A stretch of 40,141 nucleotides of DNA. Origin: a virus. Lineage: Duplodnaviria > Caudoviricetes. Positions 19,589 to 27,280 of this stretch are shown in pieces. The stretch is from the IMG/VR virus record IMGVR_UViG_3300030397_000085, positions 1 through 40,141 of that record, one strand, 5' to 3'. The notes under the pieces were generated by a model. The model was not told the DNA's origin, searched no databases, and worked only from the letters and a program-made list of their open reading frames with translations. The translations under genes were made by a program, and so were the position numbers. The number at the start of each line of letters is the position of its first letter. Positions within the stretch are counted from its first letter, which is position 1.

Positions 19589-20351
19589 CAGAGTTTACCC
19601 TTTCTGCTTCAATTGCTAGAATCTCCTCTCCACCAAACGGTTCAAAGAAATTGACTTCAGCAGACTCAACCTTCTTGACTGTGTCTTGCTCTTCCTTGAT
19701 CCAGTCTTTAAGCTCTCTAAGCGAGCCTAACTTGACATTGTCATTCTTTGCTTCTTCTACTAGCTTCATTAGGTGAGAGAGAATGTATTCGTACGACAAT
19801 CCTAAACTGTCAGCAATCTCTTCTAAGTTCTTGTTCAATTCTTTCCTTACCCTTTCTGTCTTTAATATAGCAATAGCATGCTCTCGCCAATCAACCTTTG
19901 CACTAAACGCATCCTCATAGGCCACCTGCATAGGTTTGCCTGCCTGTAGGTTGGCTACAAAGATTCTCTCTGCCTTACTTAGATTCTCACGAACCTTCCA
20001 GCGCTGTTTAATCTCTGCATTTGACCTATTGCTAAAGGTATACGGCTGAGGATGATTGTCAAAGTCTGTATCAAAGAAGGTCTTATCGTTAATAATAAAG
20101 GTACCGACTATGGTCCGCATCCAGCCTTTGTGGGCTTTATAGTTCTTCCTATCATGCGGGTGAGGGAGTTCTCCTCGCTTTAATACCTGAACCACCCCTC
20201 CATCCATAGCCAGTACCCAGTCCCCTTCTTGCGCCTCTTTCCAGTCCCTCACAAGCGGAGGATGATTGCTACCGAAATAAGTAGTAAACTCATTCTCGTC
20301 ATCAAAGACTATATGGTCTACACCTTTACGTTTCTTCTGTTTCATCTTCAT
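19581..20351 (-). CDS. Putative terminase small subunit
   Basis: Upstream of terL; HTH-like LSKAERIFVANL...AYEDAF, then helical oligomerisation-type region. Confidence 0.55.
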   Translation of the reverse strand: MKMKQKKRKGVDHIVFDDENEFTTYFGSNHPPLVRDWKEAQEGDWVLAMDGGVVQVLKRGELPHPHDRKNYKAHKGWMRTIVGTFIINDKTFFDTDFDNHPQPYTFSNRSNAEIKQRWKVRENLSKAERIFVANLQAGKPMQVAYEDAFSAKVDWREHAIAILKTERVRKELNKNLEEIADSLGLSYEYILSHLMKLVEEAKNDNVKLGSLRELKDWIKEEQDTVKKVESAEVNFFEPFGGEEILAIEAERVNSGE

Positions 20352-20574
20352 CCTCTGTACTTTTAACTAGCCACATGTAGCTCTCTTCTAGTCTCTCAAG
20401 GGCTATGGTCTTCTCTCTTGATGCCATTCTATGTTTCTGAATAGACAGTGCCAATCTCCAGTATTTCTCCCAGTATATCAACTTAATGGATGACTTTGGC
20501 TTAGGAAAGCGCCAGCTATTTGAGTACTGATAATCGCTACTCTTATTCTTGCTTCTATTGTCCTTCAATGGCAT
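20326..20574 (-). CDS. Acb2/Tad1-like helical hairpin protein (putative)
   Basis: ASREKTIALERLEESYMWLVKS. Confidence 0.45.
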   Translation of the reverse strand: MPLKDNRSKNKSSDYQYSNSWRFPKPKSSIKLIYWEKYWRLALSIQKHRMASREKTIALERLEESYMWLVKSTEDEDETEET

Positions 20575-20589
20575 TCTCCTCTGAAAATA

Positions 20590-20826
20590 TTAATTCAACC
20601 CTTCGGGATTGTTGGGGGTTAAATTCTCATTTGCATCCTCGAATTGCTTTTGCATATCCTTCATCTGGTCATGTGTCTCAATGTTCAGTAATCTTACATA
20701 ACTGCCTGTCAGTAGGTCAATGGCTGTTGCGTGCTTCACTAGTTCATCAGTGTCCAGTCCTGAATTAAGTTCTACAATCAGTTTCTCGTATGCTGCACGT
20801 ACCTTATTTGTTGCGGACATATTCAA
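20590..20826 (-). CDS. Hypothetical helical protein
   Basis: In-operon ORF. Confidence 0.55.
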   Translation of the reverse strand: MNMSATNKVRAAYEKLIVELNSGLDTDELVKHATAIDLLTGSYVRLLNIETHDQMKDMQKQFEDANENLTPNNPEGLN

Positions 20827-21040
20827 TCCCTTTCTTTATAAGTTGATATCCTTTAATTCCTAGCATTCCCACAAAGGCTATTCCCAGTACCGCCCAAGCT
20901 ATCAGTGCTATGATTGCGTAGAAGGCAAACAGTACAATATCGTATCCAGCCCAGAGCAGTCCAACAGTAGGTATAAGAACAATAGCCCAGCCAACTAGCG
21001 TAATAGTGTCAGCGTCAGTCTCTCTCAGCCATTTCTCCAT
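20804..21040 (-). CDS. Small two-TM membrane protein
   Basis: Two hydrophobic segments and a basic C-terminus. Confidence 0.6.
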   Translation of the reverse strand: MEKWLRETDADTITLVGWAIVLIPTVGLLWAGYDIVLFAFYAIIALIAWAVLGIAFVGMLGIKGYQLIKKGIEYVRNK

Positions 21041-21860
21041 AGAATCCCTCCATTGCCATGTAAAGCAGAACTGATTGATACTTTCTAAAGCGATAGGACT
21101 GTTCTACATGAAAGAAATTGTCATCATTGCTACGTACCAGTTGTCCATTCAGGTTAGTCACTCCTCGGTATCCGCATTCATAGCCACCCATGTCTACTCC
21201 AAAGGATTTCAGGTAGCGCTTTAGTGATCGTACGTCATCGTTGTCTGCATAGGTTCCGTTGGTGAGGAATACTTCTTTGCAGGTCTTGCGAGCGTTGCCG
21301 TGCAGTGAGTAGAAGTCGGTGGTTTGCGGTCTCTCAGAAATCAGTCGTACATAGTGATAGAAGATACTGTTACGGTTACGTGCTGCATCGCTTACTCCAC
21401 GAGTAGACCCTGAGATGATAGCGAATTTGGCATTGCTCAGTGACTTGAATAGATACGAGGCCTCTTCGTCTGTCTTAAGGTCATTCTTCTTGTGTGGAGC
21501 TAACAGTGCAACTTCCCGGTCATGCTTAATGTCATTTGTATTGATAACCAAGTGAGCCCAGCCTTTGTTTCCCTTCTCGTGGAACATTACATAGCCATAC
21601 TCTTCATTGATAATTACCTCAACGTTCGGTACATAGAGTCGAGCAATAGCTACAGCGTGCCAGGGTCGTCCTTCAAGTACATTGCGAAACATGATGCGTA
21701 AAGCCAGTCTGTTGTATTCAGTAGCTCTTTCGTAGTTGTAGTCATAGTCGAAGTGCTTAATCTCCGTCTCTGCTGGCCACCATGTAATTCGCTGGCTAAG
21801 GCCTGTTCCTGCTAGAAATAGACTAGTTAAGGTTAGTAGTGTTAGGATTGTCTTCTTCAT
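21015..21860 (-). CDS. Secreted putative Zn-dependent hydrolase (PghP / N-formylglutamate amidohydrolase-like fold)
   Basis: Signal peptide MKKTILTLLTLTSLFLAGTGLS; motifs LAPH, SLHG, FHVEQ. Confidence 0.4.
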   Translation of the reverse strand: MKKTILTLLTLTSLFLAGTGLSQRITWWPAETEIKHFDYDYNYERATEYNRLALRIMFRNVLEGRPWHAVAIARLYVPNVEVIINEEYGYVMFHEKGNKGWAHLVINTNDIKHDREVALLAPHKKNDLKTDEEASYLFKSLSNAKFAIISGSTRGVSDAARNRNSIFYHYVRLISERPQTTDFYSLHGNARKTCKEVFLTNGTYADNDDVRSLKRYLKSFGVDMGGYECGYRGVTNLNGQLVRSNDDNFFHVEQSYRFRKYQSVLLYMAMEGFYGEMAERD

Positions 21861-22230
21861 CCATAATCTCCGGAAGTATAATTTCTAGTGAGCCATGTTC
21901 GGCCCAGTATTTACTCGCTGCAAAACTCCACACTTGTTCGTCCTTTGCGACTAGTGCATCTAACACACCTTTAACTAGATTGTCTAAGTCGGGACGCTGC
22001 ATGTGAGGCTGTCCATTCATTAATTCTTTTTTGCTGTCAGACCAACTCTTTGCCATTGGCATACGGAATACCATAATGATTCCAGAATTGGGCAACAGTT
22101 CGTTCACTTCTTCTCTCAGTTTATCTGCATACTCTCGGTATCGTTCTACTATCGGTCGCTTCTTCCACTTGTCAGATTGTGTCTGTCTCGGTTTAGGTAC
22201 AGGTGTTATTTCAATTAAGATTCTCTTCAT
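21823..22230 (-). CDS. rusA: RusA-like Holliday junction resolvase
   Basis: PVPKPR, RPDLDNLVKGVLDAL, DEQV, KY. Confidence 0.88.
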   Translation of the reverse strand: MKRILIEITPVPKPRQTQSDKWKKRPIVERYREYADKLREEVNELLPNSGIIMVFRMPMAKSWSDSKKELMNGQPHMQRPDLDNLVKGVLDALVAKDEQVWSFAASKYWAEHGSLEIILPEIMDEEDNPNTTNLN

Positions 22231-22328
22231 CTTTTCCTTTCAACTAGCAAGCTACCGCACTTCCTGCATCTAGCTCTTACTGGAGAGTTCATTGTGCCAC
22301 AGTTCCAGCATTCTATAAAGCCTTTCAC
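22227..22328 (-). CDS. 33-aa zinc-finger microprotein (MKGFIECWNCGTMNSPVRARCRKCGSLLVERKR)
   Basis: C-x2-C-x3-N-x6-C-x2-CG; GTGA and ATGA coupling on either side. Confidence 0.7.
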   Translation of the reverse strand: MKGFIECWNCGTMNSPVRARCRKCGSLLVERKR

Positions 22329-22423
22329 AGGGCTACTCCGCAGTGCTTGCAATATTCGTTGGTATACTTGTTCTTCTTGTCGCAATTCCAGCAGAGAATG
22401 TAGATATCAAAACCTGCATCCAC
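22325..22423 (-). CDS. ~32-aa zinc-finger microprotein (MDAGFDIYILCWNCDKKNKYTNEYCKHCGVAL)
   Basis: Same motif; start uncertain (GTG at 22423 or 22465). Confidence 0.6.
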   Translation of the reverse strand: MDAGFDIYILCWNCDKKNKYTNEYCKHCGVAL

Positions 22424-22526
22424 ATGCTGTACAAGTTTTAGCTCTGTAATGGTTCCATACTCCACAATTACTGCACTCCTTGTTAGACTTATCCTTGTTG
22501 CCGTTCTTTGGCTTTCTCCACTTCAT
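22407..22526 (-). CDS. 39-aa zinc-finger microprotein (MKWRKPKNGNKDKSNKECSNCGVWNHYRAKTCTACGCRF)
   Basis: Same motif; TAATG coupling. Confidence 0.7.
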   Translation of the reverse strand: MKWRKPKNGNKDKSNKECSNCGVWNHYRAKTCTACGCRF

Positions 22527-22696
22527 TATGAATTCCTCGTAAACATATACTTTGTCTTGCCACCACAGTCGCCACAGGAGGGGTTAGTTATTCTCTTTCG
22601 ACTCCCACTGCGACCAGGAGCAGCCTTACTGCTGCCCCCCTCTTTTCTTTCCAGTGTCTCGTCACACTCTTTACATTTATATGTGTGCTTTCTCAC
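22526..22696 (-). CDS. 56-aa basic zinc-ribbon microprotein
   Basis: YKCKEC...CGDCGG; GTGA-coupled start. Confidence 0.65.
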   Translation of the reverse strand: MRKHTYKCKECDETLERKEGGSSKAAPGRSGSRKRITNPSCGDCGGKTKYMFTRNS

Positions 22697-22779
22697 AGCT
22701 GTGCTCCACAATGCCAGCAGAACTCTCTTCCGCGTTCGTTGCTTTCACCACACTCTTTGCACTTCTTACTATCTACCAT
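22693..22779 (-). CDS. 28-aa zinc-finger microprotein (MVDSKKCKECGESNERGREFCWHCGAQL)
   Basis: Same motif; TAATG-coupled to the exonuclease stop, GGGAG SD. Confidence 0.7.
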   Translation of the reverse strand: MVDSKKCKECGESNERGREFCWHCGAQL

Positions 22780-23465
22780 TAGATACTCCCATCTAGTCTT
22801 TTACGAAATGGAATGATTGCATTATACAGTCGCTCAGTATCAATAACATCCATACGATTGTGCTCTAAGACGTACTTGAGTGCCTTCTTGTCTCCTAGGC
22901 GAGCTGCTCTCCACTCGTCATGCGTTACTTCGGTCTTGTTAGTATCTCCCAGAATTGCTGCACAGGCATTCTTTAGTGAGTTGCCACGAAGCTTAAAGTT
23001 GCGTCGTACAGTATAGTAGAGGTCTAGATGGATATTGTCTCCATAGGATAAGGGAAACTTAAGGCCATTCATTACTCCACGAGTTCTAATGTAAGGAATG
23101 TCAAAGCGAGTCCCATAGAAGGTTACAATGACGTCATAGTCTTTCATCTTCTTGATCAGTGACTTTGCTATACGCTTGTCAAGTTTGCGATGGTCGATAG
23201 ACTCTTCTCTTGTGATACAGTCTTCGTGAATGTCTCCATCCTGATCTTTGATACACCAGGTAAGCATATTGCCGAACTGTGCGTTGAAGTCTGTAGTCTC
23301 TATGTCTAGGAATCCGTAAGTGAGAGGCATGTCAGCGGGACGCTCTTCTGCGTTCTCCTCAAGGAAACAGTTAAAGTGTTCTAAGTAGGTGTGACTGTGG
23401 CGACACCGATTATTGGCAAGCCATACAATTTCACGTTTCTTTAATCTTGCAACAGGTGCAATCAT
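22779..23465 (-). CDS. RNase H-like DEDD 3'-5' exonuclease (YprB/RNase_H_2-type)
   Basis: FLDIETT, FYGTRFDIPY, HLDLY, HNRMDV. Confidence 0.85.
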   Translation of the reverse strand: MIAPVARLKKREIVWLANNRCRHSHTYLEHFNCFLEENAEERPADMPLTYGFLDIETTDFNAQFGNMLTWCIKDQDGDIHEDCITREESIDHRKLDKRIAKSLIKKMKDYDVIVTFYGTRFDIPYIRTRGVMNGLKFPLSYGDNIHLDLYYTVRRNFKLRGNSLKNACAAILGDTNKTEVTHDEWRAARLGDKKALKYVLEHNRMDVIDTERLYNAIIPFRKRLDGSI

Positions 23466-23665
23466 GAATTATTCTCCCTAATATCTGGATCATTTAAATT
23501 AGTAATAGTACAGTTGCCGTTAGTTACTTGTCCCTCTCTCCATAGCTCGCATCGTTGTGAAAAGCTCAGATCAATGTATTCGTCGTTTCTTAACCCGTTT
23601 CTGACTGTTGTATCAACTTCTGTGATTGATTCGTTTTCGATGTCTGTCCACTTGAATCTGAGCAT
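23462..23665 (-). CDS. Hypothetical protein
   Basis: In-operon ORF with AAGGA SD. Confidence 0.5.
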   Translation of the reverse strand: MLRFKWTDIENESITEVDTTVRNGLRNDEYIDLSFSQRCELWREGQVTNGNCTITNLNDPDIRENNS

Positions 23666-23722
23666 GATGGTTCCTTTCTTAAGAAGTTAGCGATAGTATC
23701 GAAATCTTCAAAGTCGAACATC

Positions 23723-24412
23723 TCATGAAGATAGATCACCTTGTCCCGATACCGTATCAGTTGTTGTAGCCTGTTGCTTGGCATTCTCAACTCCTGGTTC
23801 TATAAGTTCAATTAACTTGAAGACCCATGCGACGTTAAGCTCTTGAATAGGAACGATGTCCTGCCTACCTCGTATGACGCCTTCCATAAATTCTGGACTA
23901 TAGGTAAGGATACCTAGTCCGTTTCCGACTGCCTGTGCTGCTTTAAATAGTCCCTCTCCCATAAGTGTGTTAAAGGCCTTTATTGGACCAAATCCGGCAA
24001 TCGAAATGTTCGCAACGTCGTGTAGGAGTATAACTGATTTGTCGGTAATAAATCTTCCCCAGAGTTTAACATCTTCAAGAACGGTATCAAAGTGGTGACC
24101 TCCATCGATGTGGAGAATGTCAATGGCCTTGCCATCCGGCCAGAGTGTAGGAATATCATGACTGTCTCCCTTCATAAAGGTGATATTATCGTGGCCGTCA
24201 AAGGTGCCTTCTTCGAACCAGACTTTACGATCAATGGTGTATACATGTCCAGGGTTGTTCTTCGCCAAGGCTTTAGCTGAGTATCCTTCATGTGTGCCAA
24301 TGTCAACTGTTACTGTAGGTTTAAGAAAGCGTACAATAGACTCTGCCAGTTCAAAGTGAGGTTCCCATTCTGTTACAACTGTTTTGCCATCTACGTCAAC
24401 TGCTTGACTCAT
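23723..24412 (-). CDS. Class I SAM-dependent methyltransferase (Methyltransf_24-like)
   Basis: VDIGTHEGYS, TID, GDS, IDILHIDGGH, LLHD. Confidence 0.85.
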   Translation of the reverse strand: MSQAVDVDGKTVVTEWEPHFELAESIVRFLKPTVTVDIGTHEGYSAKALAKNNPGHVYTIDRKVWFEEGTFDGHDNITFMKGDSHDIPTLWPDGKAIDILHIDGGHHFDTVLEDVKLWGRFITDKSVILLHDVANISIAGFGPIKAFNTLMGEGLFKAAQAVGNGLGILTYSPEFMEGVIRGRQDIVPIQELNVAWVFKLIELIEPGVENAKQQATTTDTVSGQGDLSS

Positions 24413-24716
24413 TCAATATCTCCTTTAGGTTCTTTTCTAACTTCTCATACACTTCGGGGTATTCTTCTTTCACAAAGTTAGACTCTTGCTTGATAGCCTT
24501 AGTTAGATGCTTAATCAGGAATTCCTCTGCCTCTTCTCGCTTGTCAAAGTGTCTATAAATCCTACTGTATACATATCCCTGATGTTCTACAATGTAGCGA
24601 GTCTCTCCTGAATAGCTGTACATCTCGTGAATAGTCCAGTGACAGTCTCTGTCTTTATGATGGTCAACTAGAAGCTGGTAATACGTCCCGACTAGTTTCG
24701 CTATCTGCTTGTTCAT
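24396..24716 (-). CDS. Hypothetical phage protein
   Basis: In-operon ORF, HHKDRDCHW motif. Confidence 0.6.
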   Translation of the reverse strand: MNKQIAKLVGTYYQLLVDHHKDRDCHWTIHEMYSYSGETRYIVEHQGYVYSRIYRHFDKREEAEEFLIKHLTKAIKQESNFVKEEYPEVYEKLEKNLKEILNESSS

Positions 24717-24936
24717 CTTCGTGTCCTTTCCATCTTACTTCATCATCCTGTTTCCAGAAAGTATTAACATGATCTAAATCGTATCCCTCTAGTGCCCAGA
24801 CAACTACAGCTTCCTGTGTATCCTCTTCATACTCTAAGTATCGCTTGGCTTCGTCTATTACTATCCCTACATTCGGCCCACCATACAGTATCTCTTCGTA
24901 TCCGTAACCAGTTCTCATTGCAATATAGTATTTCAT
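24664..24936 (-). CDS. Hypothetical protein
   Basis: GGAGG SD before ATG at 24936. Confidence 0.55.
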   Translation of the reverse strand: MKYYIAMRTGYGYEEILYGGPNVGIVIDEAKRYLEYEEDTQEAVVVWALEGYDLDHVNTFWKQDDEVRWKGHEDEQADSETSRDVLPASS

Positions 24937-24957
24937 AGTGACCTCCAATATACGAAA

Positions 24958-25257
24958 TTATTCTTCATTTGTCAAGTGTGAAACGTTTGTTTCACGAGTA
25001 TACCAGTCTATCACCGCTTGTGCATCTTTCTCTACAATGCCTTTAAGAGTCATCAGTTTCTTGGCTGGTTTGTCATGTAAAACGTCACAGGCACTCTTAC
25101 AGGTCTTGAAGGTGTAGTTATATCTTAGCATCCTATCTGCATACACTACGACAGCATCAGAGGTTTCTAACCAGAATTCGCCTTCTTTCCATTCTATCTC
25201 ATTATCGTCTAGCCACTGCTTAAATCCGACAGGGCGAGGTACGGGCTTTAAACACAT
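24958..25257 (-). CDS. Hypothetical protein, first gene of the leftward arm
   Basis: GGAG SD; downstream of the promoter at 25358-25386. Confidence 0.55.
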   Translation of the reverse strand: MCLKPVPRPVGFKQWLDDNEIEWKEGEFWLETSDAVVVYADRMLRYNYTFKTCKSACDVLHDKPAKKLMTLKGIVEKDAQAVIDWYTRETNVSHLTNEE

Positions 25258-25357
25258 GATATTAACTCTCCTATTACTAGTCTAGTTACTGTAATCTTTT
25301 AGTAACCGTAAACTATCGTTACTAGTTATTAAAAAGATCCAATTTGTTTAGTATCAT

Positions 25358-25386
25358 AATATACACATGATCGTAGGATAAGTCAA
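25358..25386 (-). promoter_or_regulatory. Sigma70-like promoter TTGACT-N17-TATATT for the leftward arm
   Basis: AGTCAA at 25381-86 and AATATA at 25358-63, in the strand-switch intergenic region. Confidence 0.72.
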
Positions 25387-25648
25387 GTGTGACACGTATG
25401 TTTCACGGAGAAATCTTAAAAAAAAGTGCAGAAATCTATAATAGGCCCCCCTTTTTCACTGTGCTACTAGCTAAAATTACGTTATAAGTGACTTGCTAAA
25501 ATTTGCTACAGGTAATGTATAGGGTAACTTGCAGAATATTATTAGACACTGTATAGGGACTAGACAAAATCAACTAGCCTACCCTTTGGTTGCGTTTTTG
25601 CTATATGCGGAACGCGTTATCTTTCATTTAATGTTCGGAGGAATTATC

Positions 25649-25924
25649 ATGAAACGTACAGTTTGGTATGAAGGCGGCAGTGGCACTGTGAGTAAGGTCG
25701 AGATCAGTGAAGACATCAAGCACGGTGGTGGTGAGCAGTTTAAGGTGTACTCGCCGGAGTTTGAGCGTGGCTGGAAAGTTAAGGCAGAAGAGTTGAGTGA
25801 TCGCTTGATTGACCCTGCCAGTGTGAAGCCGATGACGCCCAAGCAGTTTGACAAGTCCTGGAAGAAGCTCGGGTTGGATGCCTTTGAGATTGCTGGCAGT
25901 GATGAAGAAGAGGAAGAAGAGTAG
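25649..25924 (+). CDS. Small early protein with poly-Glu tail
   Basis: GGAGGA SD; ends GSDEEEEEE; followed by a hairpin. Confidence 0.7.
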   Translation: MKRTVWYEGGSGTVSKVEISEDIKHGGGEQFKVYSPEFERGWKVKAEELSDRLIDPASVKPMTPKQFDKSWKKLGLDAFEIAGSDEEEEEE

Positions 25925-25926
25925 GT

Positions 25927-25948
25927 GGGGGGGGTGACCCCCCTTTCT
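25927..25948 (+). terminator. Putative intrinsic terminator
   Basis: G8-TGA-C6-TTTCT right after the stop codon. Confidence 0.5.
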
Positions 25949-25981
25949 GTCACGAGCAAATACCCGTAAAGGAGGTGCAAG

Positions 25982-26197
25982 ATGGGCGATAGACGCAAGG
26001 CAACAGGCAAGAAACAGTGCTCTAAGTGCAATGGAACTGGGGAGATACCGCTTGACCCTGGCTATACTGATGACAGACAAGTATATGTAAGGTGTCGCAA
26101 GTGCAACGGAACTGGAGAGGTGCAAGATGGGCGAAAAACCAATTACCTGGAAGATATTCCTACTCCTACTGGTGATAGCACTATTCACTGTACTTAA
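25982..26197 (+). CDS. DnaJ-type CxxCxGxG zinc-finger protein
   Basis: CSKCNGTG and CRKCNGTG; AAGGAGG SD. Confidence 0.7.
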   Translation: MGDRRKATGKKQCSKCNGTGEIPLDPGYTDDRQVYVRCRKCNGTGEVQDGRKTNYLEDIPTPTGDSTIHCT

Positions 26198-26272
26198 ATA
26201 CGTGGGCTCTGGGCATTGACAGAGTCTAGATGAACGAAGAGAATGTGGGCCACTAGCCTAAGGAGATAGCCA

Positions 26273-26428
26273 ATGAACAAATACCTTGTAAATCAACTTG
26301 TTTACTCAGTTGTCTACTTGTGCACTAACTGTAGAGAGACCTTTAAGAAACAGTACAACAAAGGTCAGCTAGCACCGAAGAAGGTAACATGCACCAAGTG
26401 TGGCTGTAATACTGGAGAGAAACTGTAA
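26273..26428 (+). CDS. 51-aa zinc-ribbon protein
   Basis: AAGGAG SD; CTNC...CTKCG. Confidence 0.7.
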   Translation: MNKYLVNQLVYSVVYLCTNCRETFKKQYNKGQLAPKKVTCTKCGCNTGEKL

Positions 26429-26460
26429 GGTTAAACATTAACAGAGAAAGGAGATAACTC

Positions 26461-26781
26461 GTGATACTCGCAACCACTATACCTGCCAACTGTAATGGTA
26501 AGGTCTTAGCCTTTAATGATCAGACAGGTCACTCATTGACTGAGATTGATACAAGTAGAGGCTTAATGTATTATGTAACAGTAAGTGAAGGTCTCTATCG
26601 TGTCTTCTTTGGCTTTGTACCAGCACATGACTATTATACTGAGCTTGTAATGGTATCTGAGTTGCCCAAGAAAGAGCCTGAAGCACCCAATGAAGGTTGG
26701 CTAATTCCTACACCTGTCCTTGTATCAATGGGGCTAATCTCACTGATACTCTTACTGTTGGTCCATCTATTTCACTCTTAA
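26461..26781 (+). CDS. Hypothetical protein with C-terminal TM
   Basis: AAGGAG SD; hydrophobic C-terminus. Confidence 0.6.
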   Translation: MILATTIPANCNGKVLAFNDQTGHSLTEIDTSRGLMYYVTVSEGLYRVFFGFVPAHDYYTELVMVSELPKKEPEAPNEGWLIPTPVLVSMGLISLILLLLVHLFHS

Positions 26782-26797
26782 CCTACAAGGAGGCGAT

Positions 26798-27067
26798 ATG
26801 GGAGCTATTATAGCAATCATTATCACCATCACTGTCTGTTCAGCCGGGCTCTATGGCTACTACTGGATAGTCGAGCATCTCCGCAAGAAAAGAGAGAAGC
26901 CGACATATCTAGGTAACTGTGCATGTGGCAAAAAGACTACCATTATCTGTGTATCATGCATGACCGGCTACTGTAAGTCTACGCTCTGCATCCCCAATCA
27001 GTACATACCACACAAACTACGAGAGCCTAACTCGACCATTTATATCTGTCCCAAATGTGCTGCATAG
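26798..27067 (+). CDS. Membrane-anchored Cys-rich zinc-finger protein
   Basis: N-terminal TM; CAC, CVSC, C-x4-C, CPKC; AGGAGG SD. Confidence 0.65.
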   Translation: MGAIIAIIITITVCSAGLYGYYWIVEHLRKKREKPTYLGNCACGKKTTIICVSCMTGYCKSTLCIPNQYIPHKLREPNSTIYICPKCAA

Positions 27068-27069
27068 GA

Positions 27070-27280
27070 TTAGGCGCCAACCCCAGGTAGATGTCTAAAC
27101 TACGGTATTCATCGCGAGTGCGTAAAAATGTCTAACGTATACTTAGGCAATTGGAAACGATCGCCACCTGGTACAACTTATATCGATCCTTGGGGAGGGA
27201 TTGATAACGAAGGATGGGGCGGCTTAACTGACCCTGTCCGAGCCTGAGACCTGAGCATGTCTATACAGCGAAACTGCTCA
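27070..27280 (+). ncRNA. Candidate structured RNA ending in an H-type pseudoknot
   Basis: Several nested complementary segments with G-U pairs and a GAAA tetraloop (see findings). Confidence 0.35.

Noticed and set aside
25624-26188. Minus-strand ORFs of 135 and 186 aa, and similar antisense ORFs such as 1806-2270, 11753-12226 and 22449-22796
   Set aside because: Shadows of better-supported genes on the opposite strand; no motifs
27244-27275. Hammerhead ribozyme (CTGA...GAAAC)
   Set aside because: No CUGANGA core and no stems I-III; the pseudoknot explains the pairing better
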